A stretch of 64,000 nt of DNA from Thiobacillus denitrificans (GCA_002403375.1 DHHQ01000027.1:142401-206400); one strand, 5' to 3'. Positions 40,702 to 55,743 are shown, numbered from the stretch's first letter. Notes: generated by a model from the sequence alone, not told the origin. Made by a program: numbers and translations.

Positions 40702-42140
40702 ATGACCGACGCCCTCGAAAACCAGTCGCAGGACGACCTCGAATCGCACCTCGCGCAGGTGCAGACCCTGCTCGCCAAGATGCGGCTGGTGGAGGAGCTC
40801 GTCCATCGGCAGGGGGGGCCGCGCCAGGATCTGGTCGAGAACCTGGTGCACAAGCAGAACCTGGCGGAGCTGCAGCGCAAGCTCGACGAGCTGCACCCGG
40901 CGGACGTGGCCTACATCCTGGAGGCGCTGCCGCTCGACGAGCGCCAGCTGGTGTGGGACCTGGTCAAGGCGGAGCGCGACGGCGAAATCCTGCTGGAGGT
41001 GTCGGACTCGGTCCGCGAATCGCTGATCCGCACCATGGACAAGGCGGAGCTGCTGGCCGCCGCCGAGTCGCTCGACACCGACGAGATCGCCGACATCGCG
41101 CCCGACCTGCCGCGCGACGTGATCCAGGAGCTGCTGACGACGCTCGACGCGCAGAAACGCGCGCTGCTGCAGTCGGCGCTGGCCTACCCGGAGGACACGG
41201 TCGGCGCGCTGATGGACTTCGAGATGGTGACGATCCGCGCCGACGTCACGCTGGAAGTCGCGCTGCGCTACCTGCGCCGGCTGGGCGAGCTGCCCGACCA
41301 GCTCGACAAGCTGTTCGTGGTCGACCGCGACGACGCCATCATCGGCGTGCTGCCGCTCAAGAGACTGCTGACCACCGATCCCGAGGCCTCGGTGGCGGCG
41401 GTGATGGTCGAGGATTTCGTGAAGTTCCACCCCGAGGACGAGGCGCACGAGGCGGCGCAGGCGTTCGAGCGCTACGACCTAGTGATGGCGCCGGTGGTCG
41501 ACGCCGCCGGGCGGCTGATCGGCCGCCTCACGGTCGACGCGGTGGTCGACTACATCCGCGAGTCGGCCGATGCCGACATGCTGTCGATGGCGGGCCTGAA
41601 GGAGGAGGAAGACCTGTTCTCCTCGGTGTGGCGCTCGGCCAAGAACCGCTGGATGTGGCTGTCGGTCAACCTCGCCACCGCCTTCATCGCCTCGCGCGTG
41701 ATCGGCGTGTTCGAAGGCAGCATCGAGAAGCTCGCGGCGCTGGCGGCGCTGATGCCCATCATCGCCGGCATCGGGGGCAACACCGGCAACCAGACCATCG
41801 CGCTCATCGTGCGCGGCCTCGCGCTCGGCCACATCACCCACGCCAACGCGCGCCGGCTGGTGGTGAAGGAGCTCGGCGTCGCGCTTTTGAACGGTGCGGT
41901 GTGGGGCTCGGTGGTCGGCCTGTTCGCCTGGCTGCTGTATGACAGCACGGCGCTCGGTGGCGTGATGGCGCTGGCGATGCTGCTGAACCTGCTGGTCGCG
42001 GCGCTCGCCGGCATCTTTATCCCGATGACGCTGGAGAAGCTGAAGCGCGACCCGGCCATCGGCTCGTCGGTCCTGCTCACCTTCACCACCGACAGCATGG
42101 GCTTCTTCATCTTCCTCGGCCTCGCCACGATTCTGCTGCT

Positions 42141-42144
<4 letters not shown>
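40702..42144 (+). CDS. mgtE: Magnesium transporter MgtE
   Basis: LHPAD N-domain, CBS pair, GGNTGNQ, TTDSMGF. Confidence 0.93.
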
Positions 42145-43870
<1,726 letters not shown>

Positions 43871-43874
<4 letters not shown>

Positions 43875-44620
43875 GCGAAGCGGCGACCTGGGTCAGACCC
43901 TCGCGCTCGCTGGTGACGGCGGCCGGCCGCGCGATCGGCGACTTCCGCATGATCCGCGAAGGCGACCGCATCCTGCTCGGGCTGTCGGGCGGCAAGGACT
44001 CGCTGTCGCTGCTGCACACGCTGCACCACCTGCAACAAAAAGCGCCGGTGAAGTTCGAACTGCTGGCGTGCACCGTCGACCCGCAGTCCGACCAGTTCGA
44101 CCCCTCGCCGCTCAAGCCCTACATGGCGGAACTCGGCGTGCCCTACTTCCTCGAATCGCAGCCGATCGTCGAGGAAGCGCAGAAGACACTGACGAAAGAC
44201 AGCGACTCCTACTGCGCGTACTGCTCGCGGATGCGGCGCGGCATCCTCTACCGCGTCGCGCGCGAACAGGGCTGCAACGTGATCGCGCTGGCGCAGCACC
44301 TCGACGACCTCGCCGAGACGCTGATGATGTCGATGCTGTTCGGCGGCAAGCTCAGGACCATGTCGCCGCACTACCTCAACGACGCGGGCGACCTCAGGAT
44401 CATCCGCCCCTTCGCCTACGCGCGCGAGCGCCAGACCCGCGCCTTCGCGCACGATTCGGGCCTGCCGGTGATCTTCGAGAACTGCCCGGCCTGCTTCGCC
44501 AAGCCGCAGCAGCGCTTCGCGATGAAGCAGATGCTCGCCGAACAGGAGAAGCTGCACCCGCGCATCTTCAACAGCCTCCTGACCGCGATGCGGCCGCTGA
44601 TGGGCGAGCCGCCGGCATAG
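43871..44620 (+). CDS. ttcA: tRNA 2-thiocytidine biosynthesis protein TtcA
   Basis: PP-loop SGGKDS, CAYCSRMRRG, HLDD, CPAC. Confidence 0.85.
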
Positions 44621-44712
44621 CACGTCCCGTCGGCGCGATTTCCGGCGGACGACGTTTCCCCGTAGAATCAACCCCTTGTTTTGATTGGCATTTCCACATA
44701 GAGACCAAGGTT

Positions 44713-45828
<1,116 letters not shown>

Positions 45829-45869
45829 GCGCATCACCTGCCCTTGCCGGGCAGGCCCAGGAAATATGG

Positions 45870-45897
45870 AAACCGGCCGTGCGCCGGTTTTTCTTTT
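45870..45897 (+). terminator. Rho-independent terminator
   Basis: AAACCGGC-CGTGC-GCCGGTTT then TTCTTTT. Confidence 0.75.
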
Positions 45898-46060
45898 GCG
45901 TCCCGAAACGTGTTGCGGCGCCAGGCATGCAAGCCCGCGCCCGAGCCGGGCTTCCCCGCGTCGATGGACTATGGTGTAGGAGGGACTGCCGCTCGGGCTG
46001 TCCGCACACATGTCGCAGCGCCGATCCCGGCGCCACAACGCTCACGACCAGGAGGAAGCA

Positions 46061-46537
46061 ATGGGACTCTTTTCTTTCATCAAGGAAGCCGGCGAGAAAC
46101 TGCTCGGCGTCGGCGAGACGAAGGCCGGCGCGCCGGCCGCGGACCCTGCCGCAGCGAATGACGCGGCCGCCAGGGCCATCGAGAACTACATCGCGAAGAT
46201 GAACCTGGGCGCGGACAACCTCAAGGTCGCCTTCGACGGCGCGACGGGTGAAGTGACCGTGAGCGGCAAGGCGGCGACACAGGAAATCAAGGAGAAGATC
46301 CTGCTCTGCTGCGGCAACGTCAAGGGCGTCGCCAACGTCGTCGACAACCTGGAGGTGGCGGAACAGGCCGCCGCGCCGCGCTTCTACACGGTGGTCAGCG
46401 GCGACACGCTGTCCAAGATCGCGAAGCAGCACTATGGCAACGCCAACGCCTACATGAAGATCTTCGAGGCCAACAAGCCGATGCTGACCGACCCGGACAA
46501 GATCTACCCGGGCCAGACCCTGCGCATCCCCGATTGA
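46061..46537 (+). CDS. BON-LysM protein (Kbp/YgaU type)
   Basis: MGLFSFIKEAGEKL start, BON domain, LysM YTVVSGDTLSKIA; GGAGG RBS. Confidence 0.9.
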   Translation: MGLFSFIKEAGEKLLGVGETKAGAPAADPAAANDAAARAIENYIAKMNLGADNLKVAFDGATGEVTVSGKAATQEIKEKILLCCGNVKGVANVVDNLEVAEQAAAPRFYTVVSGDTLSKIAKQHYGNANAYMKIFEANKPMLTDPDKIYPGQTLRIPD

Positions 46538-46562
46538 TCATTCGCCTCGAAAGGAACGAACC

Positions 46563-46763
46563 ATGAACGTGCTCACGAAATCGCTGATCGCCCTGTCATT
46601 CGCCGGCCTGCTGGTTGCAGGCTGCGGCAAGAAGGAGGAGCAGGTCTCGGCACCCGCCGTCATCGAACAGTCCGCGGAGGAAGCCGGCGCCGCGGCCGAA
46701 GAGGCAAAAACCGAAGCCGAGCGCGCCGTCGAAGCCGCCAGGGAGGCGGCCGAGGCCAAGTAA
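46563..46763 (+). CDS. Small Ala/Glu-rich lipoprotein
   Basis: Lipobox VAGC; low-complexity helical tail. Confidence 0.75.
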   Translation: MNVLTKSLIALSFAGLLVAGCGKKEEQVSAPAVIEQSAEEAGAAAEEAKTEAERAVEAAREAAEAK

Positions 46764-46797
46764 GCCCCCGCAACGGCGTGCGCGGCGGACCGGGCCG

Positions 46798-48114
46798 CTA
46801 GGCCTGCCCGCCGTCCGCCGCGCGCGTAGCCACCCGCGTCGCCAGCACCTGGTCCACCCGGTTGCGGTCGACGTCGACCACCTCGAATTCCCAGTCGGCC
46901 CACGCGAAGCGCTCGGCCTTGCGCGGGATGTGCCCCAGCGACGCGAGCACGAAGCCGCCCACCGTGTGATAGTTGCCCAGCGACTCCTGCGGCACGTGGC
47001 GGATGTCGAGCTTTTCCTTCATCTCGTCGATCGGCAGCAGCCCGTCGAGCAGCCACGACCCGTCGGCGCGCCGCACGGCCAGTGCATCTTCGGTATCGTC
47101 GGCGACCGGCAGCATGTCACCGACCAGCGAATACATCAGGTCGTCCAGCGTGACGATGCCCTCGGTGAGGCCGAACTCGCTGACCACCAGGGCGAAATTG
47201 GCGCGCTGCTGGCGGAAGGTGCGCAAGAGGTCGATCAGGTTGAGGCTGGACGGAACGAACAGCGGTGCCGCCAGCGGAAGCTCGGCGAAGTCGACCTCCC
47301 CCTCCATCGCGGCCTTGAGGATGTCATGGCTCTCGGCGATGCCGATCACCTGCTGCAGATCGCCCTTGCAGACCGGCAGGCGCGAGTGCGGCGCGTCCAT
47401 GAGAACGCGCAGGTTGTGCTCGCGCGGCGAGAGCAGGTCGAGCCAGGCGACGTCGGCCACCGGCGTCATGATCGTCGCGAGCCGCCAGTCCTCGAGGCGC
47501 AGCACGTTGCCGAACAGCCTGCTCTCCTCGGGCGCGATGGCGCCTGCCCGTTCGCCCTCGTCGACGAAAGCCAGGATGTCCTCGATGCTCGTCACCGCCG
47601 GCGCCGCGCGGATCGGCAGCAGCGCGAGCACGCGGTCCGCCATGAAGGAAAGGAAGCGGATCGCCGGCGACAGCAGCCGGATGAACAGCGACATGAAAGG
47701 CGCGCTGATCGCGGCGACCCGCTCGGGATGGGCGAGCGCGATCCGCTTCGGCACGATCTCGCCGAGGATGATCGACACCGCGGTCACGACGACGATGGTG
47801 GTGGTGAAGGCGATGGGCCGCCCCCACTCCGCGAGCACCGGCAGCGCGGTGACGATTGCCGACTCCAGCGACGCCGACAGCGCCGACTCCCCGTAGATGC
47901 CCATCAGCAGCGCGGCGGCCGTGATGCCCGTCTGGGTCGCCGCGAGCAGCCGGCTCGGATGCTCGCGGATCGCGAGCGCGGTGGCGGCGCCGCCGTCTCC
48001 CGCCTCGGCCAGTTGGGCAAGGCGTGCCCGGCGGGCCGAGGCGAGTGCCATTTCCGCCAGCGAAAACAGTCCGGACAACAGGATGAGCAGGATCAGGATC
48101 CACAAGGCATTCAT
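46798..48114 (-). CDS. CNNM/HlyC-CorC family membrane protein (DUF21-CBS-CorC)
   Basis: LFSLAEMALAS, GEIVPKRIA, HSRLPV, EFGLTEGIVTLDDL, TVGGFV. Confidence 0.9.
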   Translation of the reverse strand: MNALWILILLILLSGLFSLAEMALASARRARLAQLAEAGDGGAATALAIREHPSRLLAATQTGITAAALLMGIYGESALSASLESAIVTALPVLAEWGRPIAFTTTIVVVTAVSIILGEIVPKRIALAHPERVAAISAPFMSLFIRLLSPAIRFLSFMADRVLALLPIRAAPAVTSIEDILAFVDEGERAGAIAPEESRLFGNVLRLEDWRLATIMTPVADVAWLDLLSPREHNLRVLMDAPHSRLPVCKGDLQQVIGIAESHDILKAAMEGEVDFAELPLAAPLFVPSSLNLIDLLRTFRQQRANFALVVSEFGLTEGIVTLDDLMYSLVGDMLPVADDTEDALAVRRADGSWLLDGLLPIDEMKEKLDIRHVPQESLGNYHTVGGFVLASLGHIPRKAERFAWADWEFEVVDVDRNRVDQVLATRVATRAADGGQA

Positions 48115-48185
48115 GATCGGGAACCGGCAGGAAGAATGGATGGATTCTACATGCCGCGCCGGCGCCCCCCGGCCCCCACAAACGA

Positions 48186-48211
48186 CAAGGCCCGCCTGAC
48201 GGCGGGCCTTG
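48186..48211 (-). terminator. Terminator after metF
   Basis: CAAGGCCCGCC-N4-GGCGGGCCTTG with a U-rich tail on the minus strand. Confidence 0.7.
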
Positions 48212-48231
48212 CGCGGCGAAGGCGTCCGGGA

Positions 48232-49062
48232 CTACAGGCCCAGCCGTTGCCAGATGGTGGTGCTCGGCCCCGCCTGGTTCATCGTGTAGAAGTGCAGGCC
48301 CGGCGCGCCGCCGGCGAGCAGGCGGTCGCACAGGTCGGTCACCACGTCGAGACCGAAGGCGCGCAGCGACGCCAGGTCGTCGCCGTAGGTCTCGAGCTTC
48401 TTCCTCAGCCAGCGCGGAATCTCGGCGCCGCAGGCGTCGGAGAAGCGCGCCAGCTGCACGTAGTTGCCGATCGGCATGATGCCCGGGACGATGGGAATGG
48501 ACACCCCGATCGCGCGCGCCTCGTCGACGAAGCGGAAGTAGGCGTCGGCGTTGAAGAAGTACTGGGTAATCGCCGCGTTGGCGCCGGCGTCGACCTTGCG
48601 CTTGAAGTTGGCGAGGTCCTCGGTGTAGGAGCGCGCCTGCGGGTGCACCTCGGGATACGCGGCGACCTCGATCTCGAACCAGTCGCCGGTCTCCCTGCGG
48701 ATGAAGGCGACCAGCTCGTTGGCGTACTGGAATTCGCCGACGTCCATGCTGCCTGACGGCAGGTCGCCGCGCAGCGCGACCAGATGGCGGATGCCCTGCC
48801 GCTTGTACTCGGCGAGGATGTCGCAGATGTTCTCCTCGGTCGAGCCGATGCATGACAGGTGCGGCGCGGCCTCGGAGCCGTCGGCCTGGATCTCGCGAAC
48901 GGTCTCCAGGGTGCGGTCGCGCGTCGAGCCGCCGGCGCCGAAGGTCACCGAGAAGAACTTGGGATGGAGCTGCGCCAGCTGCTTGCGGGTCGCGCGCAGC
49001 TTCTCCGCGGCTTCCTCGGTCTTGGGCGGGAAAAACTCGAAGCTGAATGTGCGTTCGGTCAT
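48232..49062 (-). CDS. metF: 5,10-methylenetetrahydrofolate reductase
   Basis: SFEFFPPKT, SVTFGAGG, PHLSC, LRGD, ITQYFF, HFYTMN. Confidence 0.96.
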   Translation of the reverse strand: MTERTFSFEFFPPKTEEAAEKLRATRKQLAQLHPKFFSVTFGAGGSTRDRTLETVREIQADGSEAAPHLSCIGSTEENICDILAEYKRQGIRHLVALRGDLPSGSMDVGEFQYANELVAFIRRETGDWFEIEVAAYPEVHPQARSYTEDLANFKRKVDAGANAAITQYFFNADAYFRFVDEARAIGVSIPIVPGIMPIGNYVQLARFSDACGAEIPRWLRKKLETYGDDLASLRAFGLDVVTDLCDRLLAGGAPGLHFYTMNQAGPSTTIWQRLGL

Positions 49063-49065
49063 GAG

Positions 49066-49413
49066 TCAAGCCTTCGTGTCGGGAATGAGCGCGGACAGCG
49101 CCCAGGCGATCACGCCATAGAGGATCGCGCCGACCAGCGCGGAGCCGAAGCCGGCGACATGGAAGCCCGGCAGCACTGCGCTGGCGAACCAGAACAGCAG
49201 GCCGTTCAGCACCAGGTAGAAAATCCCCAGCGTGAGCACCGTGAGCGGCAGCGTGAGCAGCGTCAGCACCGGCCGCACCAGGGTGTTGATGAAGCCGAGC
49301 CCGAGCGCGGCCACCAGCGCCGAGCCGAAGCCCGACAGCTGGATCGACGGCAGGAGCCAGGTCACCGCCAGCAACGCGACGGCATTGAGTATCCACAGCA
49401 GCAGCAGGCGCAT
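49066..49413 (-). CDS. Four-TM membrane protein (YvlD / phage-holin-4-like family)
   Basis: LGFINTLVRPVL...LTLGIF signature. Confidence 0.8.
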   Translation of the reverse strand: MRLLLLWILNAVALLAVTWLLPSIQLSGFGSALVAALGLGFINTLVRPVLTLLTLPLTVLTLGIFYLVLNGLLFWFASAVLPGFHVAGFGSALVGAILYGVIAWALSALIPDTKA

Positions 49414-49431
49414 CGCGTGCTCCTTTCTCGA

Positions 49432-50853
<1,422 letters not shown>

Positions 50854-50958
50854 GTGAAGCTCCGTTGCATGTGGCCGGGAGGGCGGGGGGCGGTTGCGCC
50901 CCGGGCTGGCGATGGCGTCGCTCACCCAACGTCCCGAACCCGGCAGGGTTGAGAAAAA

Positions 50959-51027
50959 GGTGAGCGCGGTTGTTGCCTTTTCCGAGCCTGGGGACGGACG
51001 AACCCGCCTCGCAGCGCTCCTCGGAAG
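50959..51027 (-). ncRNA. SAH riboswitch
   Basis: Minus strand CCGAGGAGCGCTGCGA...CCAGGCTCGG...AACCGCGCTCACC matches the SAH aptamer P1/P4 and GAGCGC/GCGCTC pseudoknot; upstream of ahcY. Confidence 0.9.
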
Positions 51028-51039
51028 CGAAATTATAGC

Positions 51040-52113
51040 CTAGCCGGCGGCGCCCCGTCTGCGCATGAAGCTGACCACCAGCGTCACCACGGTCAGCGGC
51101 ATGACGTAGCTCAGCATGACGCTGGAATACGCCGGCAGGCTGTCGTGCTGCTGGGCGGCCAGCACCAGGTACAGCAGATACGCGGCGTAGTAGCCGAGAA
51201 ACACCGCGCCTTCCCAGCGCGCGATCTCGCGCCCGGTGATCAGGATCGGCAGGCAGGCGAAGGCGACCGCCAGCATCACCCACAGGTCGAAATTGCGCGC
51301 GGCGTCGGGCACGGATAGTCCGCCGGTCGAGACGATGCCGGCGGCGCCGAGCACGGCAAGCAGGTTGAAGATGTTGCTGCCGACGACGTTGCCGACGGCG
51401 ATGTCGCGCTGGCCGCGCAGCGCGGCGATCAGCGAGGTGGCGATCTCCGGCATCGAGGTGCCGACCGCGACCACGGTAAGGCCGATGACGAGATCGCTCA
51501 CGCCCATCACCTTGGCGAACACCACCGCCGCGCCGACCAGCCAGTCGGCGCCGAGCACGAGGAGCGCGAGGCCTCCGACGACGAGCAGCGCCTGTACGCC
51601 CCAGTGGCGATCCCACTGGCTGGTCGGAATTTCGCTGGCGAATTCGTCCTCGGCGTCTTGCGAGGCCCGCCGCGACTGCACGACGAGGAACACGGTGTAG
51701 GCGATCACCAGCGCGAACAGCAGCGCCGCTTCGATACGGCCGATGTTGCCGTCGAGCGCCATCGCCACCACCACCAGCGACGCCCCGATCATGATCGGGA
51801 TTTCCTGGCGGATGATCTGCTCGTGCACCAGCAGCGGCGCCACCAGCGCCGAGATCCCGAGGATCAGCAGGACGTTGGCGACGTTGCTGCCGACGACGTT
51901 GCCGATCGCCAGGTCGGATGACCCGCCGAGCGCGGCGCCGACCGACACCGCCATCTCCGGCGCGCTGGTGCCGAAGGCGACGACGGTGAGGCCGACCACC
52001 AGCGGCGAGATCCCCCACGACACCGCCAGCCGCGAGGCGCCGCGCACCATGGCCTCGGCGCCGGCGATCAGCGCCACCAGCCCGAGCACGAACAGCAACG
52101 CCTGCGTCAGCAT
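51040..52113 (-). CDS. Ca2+/Na+ antiporter (YrbG/CaCA family)
   Basis: Two alpha repeats GTSAPE/GTSMPE with GNVVGSN. Confidence 0.92.
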   Translation of the reverse strand: MLTQALLFVLGLVALIAGAEAMVRGASRLAVSWGISPLVVGLTVVAFGTSAPEMAVSVGAALGGSSDLAIGNVVGSNVANVLLILGISALVAPLLVHEQIIRQEIPIMIGASLVVVAMALDGNIGRIEAALLFALVIAYTVFLVVQSRRASQDAEDEFASEIPTSQWDRHWGVQALLVVGGLALLVLGADWLVGAAVVFAKVMGVSDLVIGLTVVAVGTSMPEIATSLIAALRGQRDIAVGNVVGSNIFNLLAVLGAAGIVSTGGLSVPDAARNFDLWVMLAVAFACLPILITGREIARWEGAVFLGYYAAYLLYLVLAAQQHDSLPAYSSVMLSYVMPLTVVTLVVSFMRRRGAAG

Positions 52114-52116
52114 GGC

Positions 52117-53283
52117 TTACAGCCCCGCCGCCGCCTTCAGCGCGGCCGCCTTGTCGGTGATTTCCCAGGTGAAGTCCGGCTCGTCGCGGCCGAAGTGGCC
52201 GTAGCTCGCGGTACGGGTGTAGATCGGCCGCAAGAGGTCGAGCATCTGGATGATGCCCTTGGGGCGCAGGTCGAAGTGGCTCTGGATCAGCTCGACGATC
52301 TTGGCCTCGGGCACCTTGCCGGTGCCGTAGGTCTCGACCATCAGCGAGGTCGGCCTGGCGACGCCGATCGCGTAGCTCACCTGGATCAGGCACTTGTCGG
52401 CGAGGCCCGCGGCGACGATGTTCTTCGCCACGTAGCGCGCGGCATAGGCGGCCGAGCGGTCGACCTTGGACGGATCCTTGCCGGAGAACGCGCCGCCGCC
52501 GTGCGGGGCCGCGCCGCCGTAGGTGTCGACGATGATCTTGCGACCGGTGAGGCCGGCGTCGCCCATCGGGCCGCCCACCACGAAGCGGCCGGTCGGGTTG
52601 ACCAGGTAGCGGGTGTCGGCGGTCAGCATCTCCTTCGGCATCACCGGCTTGACGATTTCCTCGATCACCGCCTCGGTCAGCACCGCGTGCGACACCTCGG
52701 GATGGTGCTGGGTCGACAGCACGACGGTGTCGATCGAATGCGGCTTGCCGTCGACGTAGCGGATCGACACCTGCGACTTGGCGTCGGGACGCAGCCACGG
52801 CAGGCGGCCGTCCTTGCGCAGCTCGGACTGGCGCTCGGTGAGGCGGTGGGCGAGGTAGATCGGCATCGGCATCAGCGCCGGCGTCTCGTTGCAGGCGTAG
52901 CCGAACATCAGGCCCTGGTCGCCGGCGCCCTGGTCGAGAAACAGCCCCTCGCCCTCGTTGACGCCCTGCGCGATGTCGGGCGACTGCTTGCCGACCGCCG
53001 TCATCACCGCGCAGGTGTGGTAGTCGAAGCCGGTGTCGGACGAGTCGTAGCCGATGCGCTTGATGGTCTTGCGCGCGATGTCGCTGAAATCGATGACCGC
53101 CGAGGTGGTGATCTCGCCGGCCATGACGACCAGGCCGGTCGTCAGCAGCGTCTCGCACGCGACGCGGGCGTGTTTGTCCTGGGTTAGAATCGCGTCCAGA
53201 ACCGCATCCGAGATTTGATCGGCCATCTTGTCGGGATGGCCCTCAGACACCGACTCCGAAGTGAAAATGAAATCCTTCTGCAT
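52117..53283 (-). CDS. metK: S-adenosylmethionine synthetase
   Basis: [28 protein letters not shown]. Confidence 0.98.
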   Translation of the reverse strand: MQKDFIFTSESVSEGHPDKMADQISDAVLDAILTQDKHARVACETLLTTGLVVMAGEITTSAVIDFSDIARKTIKRIGYDSSDTGFDYHTCAVMTAVGKQSPDIAQGVNEGEGLFLDQGAGDQGLMFGYACNETPALMPMPIYLAHRLTERQSELRKDGRLPWLRPDAKSQVSIRYVDGKPHSIDTVVLSTQHHPEVSHAVLTEAVIEEIVKPVMPKEMLTADTRYLVNPTGRFVVGGPMGDAGLTGRKIIVDTYGGAAPHGGGAFSGKDPSKVDRSAAYAARYVAKNIVAAGLADKCLIQVSYAIGVARPTSLMVETYGTGKVPEAKIVELIQSHFDLRPKGIIQMLDLLRPIYTRTASYGHFGRDEPDFTWEITDKAAALKAAAGL

Positions 53284-53349
53284 GACTGCTCCTGCTGTCC
53301 CGGTTACCGACTGCGTAACCGACTCGTGGGACCAACGGAGCGGCGACGC

Positions 53350-53400
53350 TTTAGCTGTACTTGTATCCCGCCCGCAAGTTGTCAAGATTAACCCGGCGGC
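53350..53400 (-). ncRNA. Candidate SAM-II-like riboswitch aptamer
   Basis: CCGCC/GGCGG P1, UUGC and 3' AGCUAAA elements; 5' loop deviates from consensus. Confidence 0.4.
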
Positions 53401-53406
53401 TGCCGC

Positions 53407-53436
53407 ATTGTGCCGCGGCTCGTCCATGAGCGTCAA
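53407..53436 (-). promoter_or_regulatory. Candidate sigma70 promoter of metK
   Basis: Minus strand TTGACG-N18-CACAAT; predicted start near 53400. Confidence 0.5.
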
Positions 53437-53463
53437 TTGCCGCGCGCGGAGCCGCCTCTGCGC

Positions 53464-54336
53464 ATGATGTTCCTGTTCAGACTGCTGGCGAGCCTGCCGC
53501 TGCCGCTGCTGCACGGGCTCGGCATCGTGCTCGGCTGGCTGATCTACTGGGCGCCCGGCCGCCATGCCGCGCGCATGCGCAACAACCTGGTCGACAGCGG
53601 CGTGTGCGCGCCGGGGCGCGATTGCCGCCGCCTGCTGCGCCAGGCCATCGGCGAGTCCGGCAAGGGCATCGTCGAACTCGCCACCGTGTGGCTGCGCCCG
53701 CACGACCAGGTGGTGAAGCTCGTCCGCGGCACGACCGGGTGGGACGCCATCGATGCGGCGCGCGCGGCCGGCAAGGGCGTGATCCTGCTGTCTCCGCATA
53801 TCGGCTGCTTCGAGATCATCAGCCTGTACTGCGCCTCGCGCCACCCCTTCACCGCGATGTACAAGCCGCCGCGCCAGCCCGCGCTCGACGCGCTGATGCT
53901 GGCCGGCCGCCAGCGCGGCCAGGCGACGCTGGTGCCGACCGACATGTCCGGCGTGCGCGCGCTGCTGACCGCGCTGAAGCGCGGCGAGGCGATCGGCGTG
54001 CTGCCCGACCAGGTGGCGTCGAGCGGCGACGGCGTATGGGCCCCGTTCTTCGGCCGTCCGGCATTCACGCCGACGCTGGTCGCGAGCCTGCAGCGCAAGA
54101 CCGGCGCGGCGGCATTCTTCGTCGCTGCCGAGCGCCTCGGCCGGGGCCGCGGCTTCCATCTGCACGTTTTCCCGCTCGACGGCCTGCTGCCGGAAGACAA
54201 GGTGGCGGCCGCGACGCGCATCAACCAGAGCGTCGAAGCCATCGTGCGCCGGTTCCCGGCGCAGTATCTTTGGAGCTACAACCGCTACAAGCGGCCGGGC
54301 GGCGCCCCGCCCCCGGAAGGCGAAGCCGCAGCATGA
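53464..54336 (+). CDS. Lipid A late acyltransferase (LpxL/HtrB family) 1
   Basis: SPHIGCFE (H-X4-E), [17 protein letters not shown]. Confidence 0.88.
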   Translation: MMFLFRLLASLPLPLLHGLGIVLGWLIYWAPGRHAARMRNNLVDSGVCAPGRDCRRLLRQAIGESGKGIVELATVWLRPHDQVVKLVRGTTGWDAIDAARAAGKGVILLSPHIGCFEIISLYCASRHPFTAMYKPPRQPALDALMLAGRQRGQATLVPTDMSGVRALLTALKRGEAIGVLPDQVASSGDGVWAPFFGRPAFTPTLVASLQRKTGAAAFFVAAERLGRGRGFHLHVFPLDGLLPEDKVAAATRINQSVEAIVRRFPAQYLWSYNRYKRPGGAPPPEGEAAA

Positions 54337-55247
54337 GCCGCGCCGCGCCCCCCGCGCTGCTGCGCCTTGGGCTGCTGCCCGCCTGGCTCGGCGTCGGCGT
54401 GCTGTGGCTTCTGCACTGGCTGCCGCTGTCGCTGCAGGCCGCCCTCGGCAACGCGCTGGGGTGGCTGCTGTCGCAGTTGCCCGGCAAGCGCCGCCACATC
54501 GTCGAAACCAACCTCGCGCTGTGCTTCCCCGACGTTTCGCCCGCGACGCGCCGCCGCTGGCTGCGCCAGACCTTCCAGGCATCGGCGCGCGCGACGCTCG
54601 AACACGGCGTGCTGTGGTGGGGGTCGCAAGCGAGGCTGCGCCGCCTGATCCGCATCGAAAATCCCGAAGCCGCGCTGGGCGACGGCAAGCGGCCGGTGAT
54701 CTGGCTCGCCCCGCACTTCGTCGGCCTCGACATGGGCGGTGCGCGCCTCGCGATGGATCACGCCGCCGCGTCGATGTACGCGCGTGCCCGCAACCCGGTT
54801 TCCGACCGCATGATGCTGCGCGGCCGTTCGCGCTTCATCCCGCCGGTGCTGATCGCCAAGCACGATGGCATCAAGCCGGTGCTCAGGGTGCTCAAGGATC
54901 GCCTGCCGTTCTACTACCTGCCGGACCAGGATCACGGCCGCCTCAACGCCGTGTTCGCGCCGTTCTTCGGCATCCCCGCCGCGACCGTGTCGGCGCTGCC
55001 GCGGCTGGCGAAGCTCACCGGCGCCCAGGTGGTCCCGGTGGTCACCCGCCAGCTGCCCGGAGGCCAGGGTTATGTCGTGCGCTTCTACCCGCCGTGGGAC
55101 GACTTCCCGGGCGACGATCTGGACGCCGACGTCGCGCGGATGAACGCATTCATCGAGGACCGCGTCCGCGAACTGCCCACGCAGTACCTGTGGCTGCACC
55201 GCCGCTTCAAGACCCGCCCCGAGGGCGAAGCCAGCCTCTATGGATGA
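54333..55247 (+). CDS. Lipid A late acyltransferase (LpxL/HtrB family) 2
   Basis: APHFVGLD (H-X4-D), [22 protein letters not shown]. Confidence 0.9.
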   Translation: MSRAAPPALLRLGLLPAWLGVGVLWLLHWLPLSLQAALGNALGWLLSQLPGKRRHIVETNLALCFPDVSPATRRRWLRQTFQASARATLEHGVLWWGSQARLRRLIRIENPEAALGDGKRPVIWLAPHFVGLDMGGARLAMDHAAASMYARARNPVSDRMMLRGRSRFIPPVLIAKHDGIKPVLRVLKDRLPFYYLPDQDHGRLNAVFAPFFGIPAATVSALPRLAKLTGAQVVPVVTRQLPGGQGYVVRFYPPWDDFPGDDLDADVARMNAFIEDRVRELPTQYLWLHRRFKTRPEGEASLYG

Positions 55248-55743
55248 GGCACCGGCGACCATCGATCGCATGGCGCCGCACGAGGTCGACGCCGTCAGCA
55301 CGCTGGCGCGCGTCGTCTGGCAGGCCACCTACCCCTCGCTGATCCCGCAGGCGCAGATCGACGCCATGCTCGCCGACCGCTACGCGCCCGCAAGGATGCG
55401 CGAGCAGCTCGACGACCCGCGTCACGCCTGGCGGGTGGCGCGGCAGGCCGGCGCGGTGGTCGGTTTCGCCCACGCCGTGCTGGAGGACGCCGGCTGCAAG
55501 CTCGACAAGCTCTACGTGCATCCCGGCCGCCAGCGCCGCGGCATCGGTGCCGCGCTACTCGCCGCGATCGAGGACTGGGCGCGCACGCAACAGGCGCCGC
55601 GACTGCGGCTGCAGGTCAACCGCGGCAACGTGCAGGCGATCCATGCCTACGAGAAGTACGGCTTCCGCATCGTCGAGTCGCGCGTGTTCGACATCGGCGG
55701 CGGCTTCGTGATGGACGACCACGTGATGGAGAAGCGGCTCTGA
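55240..55743 (+). CDS. GNAT family acetyltransferase
   Basis: KLYVHPGRQRRGIG acetyl-CoA motif; LQVNRGN...YEKYGF. Confidence 0.88.
   Translation: MDEAPATIDRMAPHEVDAVSTLARVVWQATYPSLIPQAQIDAMLADRYAPARMREQLDDPRHAWRVARQAGAVVGFAHAVLEDAGCKLDKLYVHPGRQRRGIGAALLAAIEDWARTQQAPRLRLQVNRGNVQAIHAYEKYGFRIVESRVFDIGGGFVMDDHVMEKRL

Noticed and set aside
49066-49413. Holin-family annotation as evidence of a prophage
   Set aside because: No phage genes nearby; it sits in the ahcY-metF housekeeping run with host-like codons
53379-53384. Perfect TTGACA on the minus strand in the metK leader as the -35 box
   Set aside because: No acceptable -10 hexamer at 16-18 bp spacing; a better promoter lies upstream
53464-55247. 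Tandem lipid A acyltransferases as a novelty
   Set aside because: Paired LpxL-family genes are ordinary for late lipid A acylation; both catalytic motifs are intact
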